Below, piece after piece: positions 37,663 to 49,600 of a DNA stretch of 64,000 bases. Location of the stretch: NCBI GenBank assembly GCA_964035545.1, contig OZ037767.1, positions 18,940,259 to 19,004,258 on the forward strand, given 5' to 3'. Source of the DNA: Bugula neritina (lineage: Eukaryota; Animalia; Bryozoa). Below the pieces are notes generated by a model that made no database searches, was not told the origin of the DNA, and worked only from the letters and a program-made list of their open reading frames with translations. The stretch's first letter is position 1. Each line of letters opens with the position of its first letter. The position numbers were made by a program, and so were the translations under genes.

Positions 37663-40600
37663 ATGGCTATACCAGTAAGTTTCATTCTGTTTCTGACTGG
37701 TCATTGAAATTAAAATATTTCAATACCTCAATTTTTGACTTTGCTGTTATAATTATATTAAAGCAACGTGAAAATTGCCATATGGTTAATCGTGTTATTC
37801 AGATAAACTTTTAGTTTTACACGTGCTCGCAATAAAATTGAAATTAAATGGTTGATATTGATTATCATTATGATTATGATAAAATAAAAACATGATGATA
37901 ATTACTATTGCTATTAGTGATTACGATTATGATTTATGTGTAATGTTGTTATTTTTCTTATAATTATAAACAATATAAATAGCTGTAAGTCAGTGTCACT
38001 CAAAAGAGAACCCTAAGCCCAAGGGCAAATCCAACACCAAGTAACTGAGGTAAGTTTAAGACCAACATGGCCACTGATATAAATACCAGTAGTAAGTCTC
38101 AGTAATTGTAAGTGTAACTGACAAATTTCAAGTTCAAGTAAAATTTAATCTATTATTTAGCCTACCACTAGTTCATTTTATGACCTGTTGATGAAATGAC
38201 ATTTAGTTTCACATTGCTATTGTTATAGACTTATAGTTATACAGAGTAACAGTACTGAAAGTAAAAGTAAATTAAAGACTCAAGGCCAAGTACTCACTGT
38301 CATACTTATAGTTATAGCTTTAAAATAAGAATCAAAATGAAAACAAGACTTAAACTCAGACTGAACTGCTTCATTGAACTTGAGATTGTCAGCCTGATTG
38401 GTGATTGTTAATGATAACTATCACCACAAATTGAGGAAAGTAGATGATTATTAGACGAAATCCTTACAGTCACACAAAAAAATATTGCATGCAGTTTAGG
38501 CTAAGTATTTACACTCATTTTTAGTATAGTCATGAGTTGTATTTTAGCATTGTAGCTATACAAACTTTCATAGCTAAGTTTAGTAATGCTACCAGACTTA
38601 TATTTTTGTGTAACCCAACCATGAAAAAGCTGCCAAGGGCTGTATCATTTAAATAATATATTTTTATGGCTAATGCTGATGTTACACTAATTTTTTCACC
38701 AATACTTTTAGTCGTATTTATACAAGAGTTCATTTTATTCAAGTTGTTGTATTTAATTGAATTATTATTTTAAACACTAGTGTCGATACTTGATGTTATT
38801 ATAAACCACTAACAAGTCAAACTTTGGCAATTATTTTATTTTAAATCTTGATCCTATATGTGGATCATTTGCTGGCGTTGTTTGAGCTGTGACTAAAGAG
38901 AACATTTGTTCAATGATTTCACCTCTGCTTCTATCACCATTTCCTTACTAATCATGCTGACAACTTCTGCCCCTCTTTGTCCATTGTTTCAAATATGAGA
39001 TATATCGGTCTTCTTATTGACCAAATCAGGGTGAAAATAATAAATATGTATAGCTTATATAACATTGTGTAATTATAAAGAACAGCGCCGTACTTATAGT
39101 TATGTGTAATTTAATTTACTCTCTGGTAAGCTATTGAGATTTTTATATAAACCTTTTTACATAAAGCACGTGGTCTAAGTTGTGCCTTCACCATTTCAAC
39201 TGGCAGATTATATTTTTGTACTAGCTCTGCTTGGTTGGTTAGTTCTTCAAGGTACAACCTTTAGTTATGATTTTGTCTTTTTAATTTGCAATTTACTGTC
39301 AAATTCTGTCTGTTTGGTTTGTTTAAAATGTCCTTCTTGAGGCATATTTGGGAAGAATTTTTCAACTGCAAGGTTAGAGTGATGCAACTTTCTACTGGAC
39401 TCATGCAGTGCACTCAGTTTTACATAGTACCATGTTGGTAAATTTTTATGCAAAATTAGATAAACATATCAGAGCCTATTTGGATTTTGAAGTTGTCAAC
39501 TTTTTATTGAGTCTAATGAAAACATTGAAAGCATAATGTTTTAATTGGAATGTCTTGCCTTGTGAAGTTCTACCACACAATTATGTAGATCCAAGTGATA
39601 TATACAAATTGAAAAGTCTAGGGTTTTGATTTCTCCCCTCTCCTTTTTCACAAGATTCTCTTTAGGGGCAGGCTCTAACAAACTGATATCTTATTCTCTT
39701 GCATTGACTGGTGGCTTTTACTTTTACGGCTTTCAACAACTCGGGTGTTTGTTTCTATGATTTGAAGGAGAACTCTCAAACCAATGATGAGCCACGAGTC
39801 ACATGTGTCGTCCGAGACTTGACTTCTACTACCTCACAGCTGACAACAGTCACTCTGCCAACATCATACAGCGTAGATGATCTTGTCACTCATATCAGTA
39901 AACAATATGGCTACCAGCCGGCGTCCTTCAAGTTACTGTATGAACGGAACCACCAAATGGTATGTCTTCTGCCAACTAGCTCCTGTCTGGTGCAGAAGCT
40001 GCATTGCCAGTTCTAATCAGAGTAGTTTGTGAACTGGCTGGAAGTTTTGCATCAGTTAGCCTTTCATTTTTGAGTTATTTTGATTCATTTATCATTTCAG
40101 AAAGCCTCAAATCTCACTGCCTTTAGAATTTTTTTACCAAAGTCTTATATGAAGCTGAAGTCCGTGTAACTTAATAGATTGGACAGTCAATTCAGGCTAC
40201 AATTTTGTAGGAGGAGTTTAACTATACAGGAAGTAAGCTTGCAGATGTTCTGAGTACGTCTGACAGACGGATAAAGCACAAATTTCAGCTGACAGAATTA
40301 GAAGATGGTGTTCTTCCTGTCAAAGTTCAGGTTAGTTGTCTTCCCCTGCTATTGGTTGTCTCTCTCCCCCTCACTATTAGTTGTCTTCCCCTGCTATTAG
40401 TTGCCTCCCCACGATTAGTTGTCTCCCCACTATTAGTTTCCTTCCCCACTATTAATTGACCTTTGCCCTTTCATTCAGTGATTCTAGAATCTAGAACTTG
40501 TAATAATATTCATACTCAGTTCACTCTCAGTATTATATCACTACTGACTGACCTTCATGAGCTGCCAATGTGGGTTCACACCCAGCTACTACAGCGTTGT

Positions 40601-43600
40601 GTCTCTAGCTGTGCAACGCTCTGGCATATACAGTGCTCCCTTCATATCTCACCAATTCAGTTCCCAATAAGCTCCATAGGCCACGAGAAGGGCTTAGACA
40701 CCGTTTCATGGTTTATGTATGTGTGTTATATAGGGACAAAATGGCCGAATTTAACAGATCTGTGAGTTAAATCTGGTGTTGCTCTATGTCACGAATTGAG
40801 GTTTCAGGACCGTAGCTTAGTAGGATATAGAAGGAGCACTGTAGCTACATGATGTCTATAGTTACTTGTACTGTCACTCAGTCACTATCTTCTGAGGATT
40901 AAGTGTAACTGTATGGGTGATCTAACACAGCTCATAGAAGGTGTTATCTCTGTGGTGTTTTAGCTCGATATTTGTACTGTTGTGAGACACTTTTATCAAA
41001 CCATTTCTTATTTCCTCATATGAAATGTATTGCTATGTTATAACATAGTTTCACATCACTTTTTTTATTTAAACTTTGTTTTTTATCTAGAAGGATAGTA
41101 ATTGATTTATTTTATGTAATATACTATAATATATTGTATTATATTATATAACACTGTCATATGTTATATTATACTATATCATGTTATATAATGGTGCGTT
41201 ATATTAAATTATATCGTATTACACTATGTTATATTACACTGTACTATATTATATTTGAAGGAGGCAGGTGACATGTCTAATAATAGAACGGCGAGCAAAT
41301 CCTCCGGAAAAGTGGCATTTGATGACTTCACCCCCAGCAATCATATTCAGATGGTGAACCCATACCTCTGCATTATCAACCTCTGGCCACTATATTGAAA
41401 CTATTTGTATAGGGATAGTTGTATTATTAACATTCATCCAACATTTTCTCTAGTCTAATTGAATATAAGATGAGAATGCAAATAGTGGAAACAAAGCGAA
41501 GCCTATTGTTTATAGTTGCCCCCTCTCCCTCCTTCAAACCCTCCCTCCTGGTGTCTCATCTCTGTTAGAGAATTATTATTTACTATCTTAGTTCAGTAGT
41601 AAGATATTGCAGCTTGGAATATAACTTGAGGCCTCCTCCTCCCTACTCCATCAGCACTCTATGGTATACCCTGTCACTAATGTGATCACATGAGCTGGTC
41701 AGTGGGGGTGTTTTGGTATCTTTCTGTTACATGTTGTATTGTTCTGTAGAATACCTACGGTCCAGTGAACAATGTAGGCAGCAGTGGTGACAGCAGGTAT
41801 ATAATGCCGAGCTCAAGCAACTCGCTGCCAGATGCTGCTGACTTTTGTGGTCTGGTCAACCAGGCCATGACTTGCTACCTCAACTCACTGCTTCAGACTC
41901 TGTTTATGACCCCCGAGTTCAGGAACGCTCTCTACAGGTCAGTATATATTCTCTACAGGTCAGTATATACTCTCTACAGGTCAGTAGATACTCTCTACAG
42001 GTCAGTAAATGCTCTCTACAGGTCCGTATATACTCTCTACAGGTTAGTAAATACTCTCTACATGTTAGTATATACTCTCTACAGGTCAGTATATACTCTC
42101 TACAGGTTAGTAAATACTCTCTACAGGTTAGTAAATACTCTCTACAGGTTAGTAAATACTCTCTACAGGTCAGTAAATACTCTCTACAGGTTAGTATATA
42201 CTCTCTACAGGTCAGTATATACTCTCTACAGGTTAGTAAATACTCTCTACAGGTCAGTATATACTCTCTACAGGTCAGTATATACTCTCTACAGGTCAGT
42301 AAATACTCGCTACAGGTCAGTATATACTCTCTACAGGTCAGTAAATACTCTCTACAGGTCAGTATATACTCTACAGGTTAGTAAATACTCTCTACAGGTT
42401 AATATATAATGTATATATTATTGTATGTGTTTAGGTGGGAATATCTCCATGGTAACCAGACACAAACACCTGAAGAAAAGTGCATCCCATATCAACTGCA
42501 GAAACTTTTCCTGCAGATGCAGACAGGAAACCACAGATCTGTGGAGACAACTCCCGTGACCAGAAGTTTTGGGTGGGACAGTAGTCACTGTAAGTATTTA
42601 CTCTGTAGTCACTGTAAGTATTTCCCCTGTAGTCACTGTAAGTATTTACTCTGTAGTCACTGTGAGTATTTACTCTGTAGTCACTGTGAGTATTTACTCT
42701 GTAGTCACTGTAAGTATTTACTCTGTAGTCACTGTAAGTATTTACTCTGTAGTCACTGTCAGTATTTACACTGTAGTCACTGAGTATTTACTCTGTAGTC
42801 ACTGTAAGTATTTACTCTGTAGTCACTGTGAGTAAATACTTTGTAGTCACTGTAAGCATGTAAAGTGTAAGTACCTACTATGTAGTCACTGCGGCATATA
42901 ATACAACATTTTATAATATAATATAGTATTATATTATGTAATACTGCATTATATTACATAATACTACATTATATTATATAATACTACATTATATTGTATA
43001 ACTATACATTATATTATATAATACTGTATTATATTTTGTATTATATTCAGCCTGGCAGCAGCATGATGTGCAGGAGTTGTGTCGAGTCATGTTTGATGCC
43101 TTGGAGATCAATTGGAAAAAAACAGACCAAGCAGACCTCATCAACAACCTCTACCAGGGAAAGTTGAAAGATTATGTCAAGTGCTTAGAAGTAAGTTTTG
43201 TAGTTGTATTCTCGCTGTTTAAAATGTGGAGTCTTTTCCAAATAAAATTAATTTAAATCATGGTTATAATGTTTCTCTACCCTTCACTTGAATGAGTCGC
43301 GTAGTGGGCGGGGTTAACCATATTATGGTTGTCATTTGTTTAATCAAATGATTTTCCGGAGTTGTCTTTTCCAAATAATATAATTCCCTCTTAGTATTAC
43401 ATAGACTAAAGTTCCATACTGATTGAGGGTATGGAAATACTGTAAATCTGTCATCCCCCTGTCCTATTTATAGTGTCACACTGAAATGAGATCCAATAGT
43501 TTGCTAATTTAAGGGACTGCTGGTATTTTTTATGAGATGTACGATTCTTGTTTTCTTTCCTTTTTATTCAATACATCTTTTTGCTAATAAACTGGTGTGT

Positions 43601-46600
43601 TTTATCTCCTCAATGTGTATCTCTTATGTATACTTTTCTCTGGTTTATCTTCCGTCACGAAGAACTATTTTTGTTTTTTTAGTGCAAGACGGAATCTTTC
43701 AGGACGGATGCCTACCTGGACATACCTCTTGTGATCAAACCATTTGGGGCTACATACGCTTACTCCAGTGTCGTACGTACTACATATATATTTCCTATCT
43801 GCTATGGTTATTCTGTTATTTCATATGCAAACAGGTGAAAACTCATCGCCACGGAGTATCATTGGAGTGGTTTATTCTACTTAAACATCTATATTGCTAT
43901 GATATAGAGGAAAGCATCTGTGGCATTCTTATAGTGCTCAGCGGCTTAAACCCCCTCCCTCTTTCCAACAGGCTCATCAGTCGTACCGAGAATGTTGTTA
44001 GCATGGCTTGGCATCACAGCCAGTCTAAAGAGTTTTAGTCTCAAGTTCTAACACGGCTCTCTTCAACAATGCCATCTTAAATGCTGGAAAGTGTTTTCCT
44101 ATTCATGATGGTTATTAGAATGTTTACCTAGCGAGTCTGTAATGGAGAACAAGTAAACTGTTTAGCTGTTGTCAATCATCTACACCTTTGAGGTTGCAAG
44201 TTAGTGTAAGTTAGACAAAGTTCTCACTTTCTGCTTCTGTGTGGGGTTGCAGGAAGCCGCCCTCAAAGCGTTTATAGCCCCAGAAATACTGGAAGGCAAC
44301 AATCAGTATCAGTGTGACAACTGTAATAAGAAGTGCGATGCTCACAAGGGACTCAAATTCCAGACTTTTCCATATCTCCTGACGTTACAGTTGAAGAGGT
44401 TTGACTTTGACTACACCACCATGAACAGAATCAAGTTGAATGACAGGTTAGTGTCCCTCTATCTGTCTGTCTGTCTGTCTATCTTATTTATCTGTCTATT
44501 TATCTATCTTTCTATTTTCAACCATACAGTTAGTTAAAAGATATTTGTAGGTATTTTACCACTCAATGCGTCTAATAGTGCGAGAATGTATGAGATTTCC
44601 TCTATCTATATATATAGAAGGTAATTATTGTGTTGTGTTGGGAAGCAACAGTCTCCAAAAATGTGTCATGTAAGATTTCATTCGAGAGATGTTGTCTTCC
44701 CACATTGCATAATTACCTTTTGTTGCATGAACAGTGTGCTGTGTTGCAAGCTTGCTAATGATAGTATAACATGAGATTCTTGTAGAGTACTTGCACTAAT
44801 GTAGGTACTAAAAGTGCCTTTTCAGTCCGTTTTATTTCTTTTAGATTGAATTTTTTACTATGCTGTATTATATAAATCCTTACCATAAAATGCGTTAGCA
44901 CAATTTACAATCTCCATACTCTAGAACTTTATGGCACTCTAGGTCTTAGTGCTCGGTAATGGGAATAAGCTGCTAGAAACCCAGTCTACCAGAAATAGTC
45001 TGGCTTTGAGGAAGAGCCTGTGTTTAGAAAACAAATCGTCAAAAAAAACTCGAACTCTCTGAAGTAGCTTTACTTCTGTATAATTTTAGAATAACCTTTC
45101 CGCTCATCCTGGACCTGAATGGTTTAATAGATGACGATTCAATGCCTCCTACCCCTGGTGTTGCTGAGGATGGAAGTAGGTTATACTCTCTCTCTCTCTC
45201 TCTAGCAGTGTTATGGTAGTTTAGTGTACTCGTGTCAATCTATAGTACCATTTTGCTCATAAGTTCATAACTTATGCGACTGGTGTGAAATAAATGTTTT
45301 TTATCTTACTGGCTGTTACAGCTTATTGGCTTATAGTATGAAACAAGCTAGCTCATTGGTCAATTTATAAGCTGTGACGGCTGATTGGTCAGTATAGAAA
45401 ACATGACTGATTTTTGAAATTTTAATGCTGCCCTACATACATGATATATATTTATCAGCTTTGGTTGTAAAACATCACATACTCTGACTTACTTTAGGTT
45501 TTGAGCCGGGTTTTTCAGTAGACCGAGATGAGGAGTACACCTGTGAAGTCAACGATGAATACGCTGGACCACAGGCCGCACAGCAACTTATAGATGAGAA
45601 GGTATTCTTCTATCACTAATGACTGCATCAGGCGGTAGTGTTTAGAGTTGTCTCTACCGTGGGCAGTTGCACTGAGGATTTTGGCGGTGTACTTCAATAA
45701 CTTGCTGAGTATTTTTGCCTAAAATATGCTGCTTTACCTTATAAAGTAATCTGGTTTTCATTAACATGAATAGCAGGGGATCAAAAGGCTAAATTTCTAA
45801 TCTGACACTCTTGGATCGTTGGAGAATTTGTGACTAACTGTGTCTAAACAACGCAATACATCGCAATATATTTCTATCATTGAGTAATGCATGCACAATA
45901 CATTTTAAATTTTATAACTGGTGGGATTTCTCTTCTCAAATACAACTTATTTGCTCCAGTTTTAAGCTCAATGAAAAGTCACCGGTAGTAAAATACCTTC
46001 TAAATAATTATTTTCCATCACACTGTTGTAAACAAAAATCTTGAATTCGAAACACTGCTCAAAGTATTTCCAAATCTTAGAATGATGTTTATAATTGTTG
46101 TACAATAATGGCAACTTTTGCAGGGAGAGTATATGTATGAGCTCTTCTCTATCATGATACACTCTGGAAGTGCAGTGGGCGGGCATTACTATGCTTACAT
46201 CAAGTTAGTATCAGTATATTCTATTGGCTTACATCAAGTTGGTATCAGCATATTCTATTGGCTTACATCAAGTTAGTATCAGTATATTCTATTGGCTTGC
46301 ATCAAGTTAGTATCAGCATATTCTATTGGTTACTATTTTCCTCTCTACCAGAAAAGGCACCTTTTGTTAACCACTCTTTTAGAAGGGGTTGTATAAGTAT
46401 GCCTAAAGTGTTTGCCTAGTAAACAGGAAGTCATGGGTTCAAGCCCCGACAAAGGCCATTGGTGATGTTTGGAAGGGCATATAGTCATAATTGCTTCTGT
46501 GCCTCGTCTGAATAAGTCCTTGGCCCGATTTACCTAAAAAGAACTCTTCATCAGGGTTTCTCACAGGGATGGCCACTATAAACTTGCGTGAGTTGAGTAT

Positions 46601-49600
46601 AAGTATGTCTAAAAGTGTACGTGTGTATGTAGTATCATTTGCTGTTGGCTGTTGCCTCAGGTCCTTCACTGATAGACTGTGGTACAGTTTCAACGACCAG
46701 CTGGTCAGTCGTATCACCAAGGATGACATCACGAAGACGTACGGAGGAGTGGGCGGGTCTAGCAGAGGGAGTATGTTCTCCAGCTCCTACACGAGTTCAA
46801 CCAATGCCTACATGCTTATGTATAGGAAGATTGACCCCAACTCAAACTCTGGTTAGTCTTTGTTCTCTAGTAAGGAGCTTTCTACACAACAGTTGAATGT
46901 ATAGAGTAGTATTACCACATGTAGGACATGCCAAACTCTGCCAATCAGCACTCAGCATGTTATGTGCGGTTTTATCAAATATCAGTTCAACAAAATCCAT
47001 CACCATCTTAGTATTATAATGAATTCAGGTAAACGCCCACATATTTTTCCAAGTAGAAACCTATGAATTGATATTATGTAATTTACACAGCAGTAAAATG
47101 TTTCGTCTGCTAACTATATGTAACAAAGAAAATCTTAGCGTGTTCATGTCTAAATTATTTTGTTTGTTGTGATTATTTTTAGAAAAGTCTTGAGACCTTA
47201 AATACAGCTTATTCGGATTTAATTTAAATGTTTGCATTGCGTATGGATCTTGTATCTAGACTCAGCAGCCGTGCGAGTCTTGAAAAGTGGAGGAAATGAA
47301 TCCCTGCTAATTGGCCGAATTCATCATTACCTCATTTTATAGCCAATGTTGCAATTGGTTCTGTTAAGACGTTGCATTAGATTTACCACACCTTTAGTCG
47401 GTGTGAGATTTCTGAGCAAACAATCTAGTAGCTGTCTCTACGTTGTGTTTCCTGTTCCCTCAGATTATTCCAATGATGAGAATGTTACTAGATTGACGTT
47501 CACTTATATTGTTGTTTGTCCGTGACCTAGATTTCCTGCAGCATGAGAACTTCCCGCCGCACATCAGGCTGCTAATGGAGCGGATAGAGGAAGAGAAAGA
47601 GGCAGTGAAGAAGGCGCGGCAGGTTGAGAAGAGCATGTGCAGAATCAGGACCTATGTCAATCACCCGGTGGAGGGAAAGTTCATCAGCAAGAGTCTGGAG
47701 GTTCATAAAGACGCGAGTCTGGCAGAGGCCACACAGGAGGCGTTGAAGGTTGGCAGAAGTAGCGTAATACACTATAGTATAGTTTATTATATAATATATA
47801 GTATAGTTTATTATATAATATATAGTATAGTTTATTATATAATATATAGTATAGTTTATTATATAATATATAGTATAGTTTATTATATAATATATAGTAT
47901 AGTTTATTATATGATATATAGTATAGTTTATTATATAATATATAGTATAGTTTATTATAATATAATATATAGTATAGTTTATTATATAATATATAGCATA
48001 GTTTATTATATAATATATAGTATAGTTTATTATATAATATATAGTATAGTTTATTATATGATATATAGTATAGTTTATTATATAATATATAGTATAGTTT
48101 ATTATAATATAATATATAGTATATTTTATTATATAATATATAGTATAGTTTATTATATAATATATAGTATAGTTTATTATATAATATATAGCATAGTTTA
48201 TTATAATATGATATATAGTATATTTTATTATATAATACATAGTATAGTTTATTATATAGAATATTGTATAGTTTATTATATAATATATAGCATAGTTTAT
48301 TATGTAATATAATATATATAGTACATTATATCTACACTTGACTCATATATCCTGCAGTTGTTTGAGCTGAGTGAAGAGATCGTCCCACTAGAAAATGTCC
48401 GACTGGTCACCTACAACAACGACCTTGACTCTATCGAGAAGAGTTTCAACGACTCGGATGCGGCTTCCTGCCGGACTATCGGAGACGTACTTGGGGGCGT
48501 CAAGTCCTTCTACACTTTCTCTCTGCTGCTGGAGATAAAGCAGGGTGCTCGGGATTGGCAGCACTACAAGCCTGGAGGTGAGTTATACATGCTATAAGGT
48601 GAGTCACACATGCTATAAGGTGAGTCACACATGCTGTAAGGTGTGTCATACATACTATAAGGTGGGTCATACATACTATAAGGTGAGTCATACATGCTAT
48701 AAGGTGGGATACATACTATAAGGTGAGTCACATACTATAAGGTGGGATACATGCTAAAAGGTGGGATACATACTATAAGGTGGGATACATACTATAAGGT
48801 GAGTCATACATGCTATAAGGTGGGATACATACCAGGGTTGGGGTAATTGTAATTTGTAATTGTAATTGGTTGTAATTAATTACATTTTTTCAAGTAATTG
48901 AATGTAATTTGTAATTGAGGTTTAAAAATGTAATTGTAATTGTAATTGTAATTAATTACATATCTAATGTAATTGATTTTTACAATTACTTTATAATTAC
49001 ATGTCAATTACTTCAAACTTTTAAATCTTAAAAAACTCCTTATTTTTCTACCGTGCCTACTGTTAAATAACAAGTTCAAACAATTAGGCCAACATTCCAT
49101 GCCAGCTCACCGAATGGCCCGCGCCTATTAGCGTCTCAGATTTTGTTCATGTTTACACCAAACAGACCTACACATGTCTCAAGTACTCTTCTTCAGTATT
49201 CCTGGCATGACACAAATTCTTTTTGAGACATGACTACTTTTGTGGACAAAGGTTGAGAAACATTTTAAGGAAAATAAGTGATTTCTACTTTTAGACCAAT
49301 CTATAAATGTTTATATCTCAATCATTTTTCTCTACTGGGCTTTAAAATTTGTTGTGTGATTTAATAATACCTATCAATTTGCACTAGCAGTAACACATAC
49401 TACAGAATACTTTGTGTGCATATATGCAACGTCATTGAATATGGGCAAATCTTTATAAATTTGGGAGAAATTCAAATATTTGCCTTATCAAATTTTAAGG
49501 CTCAGTCTAGAAAACTGATTGAAATATAGACGCTTATAAATTGGTCTAAAAGTATAAATCACAAATTTTTCCCAAAATATTTCCCAAGCTTTGTTCACCA

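Noticed and set aside
41613-41662. Candidate USP47 cassette exon encoding [16 protein letters not shown]
   Set aside because: Open only as phase 2-2, whereas the flanking exons join in phase 0; weak donor.
41928-42891. CRISPR-like arrays
   Set aside because: Units are head-to-tail without unique spacers, no cas genes are present, and the context is eukaryotic introns.
47509-48312. Tyr/Ile-rich 267 aa and 222 aa ORFs
   Set aside because: USP47 exon 14 read-through into a 24-bp AT-rich intronic array.
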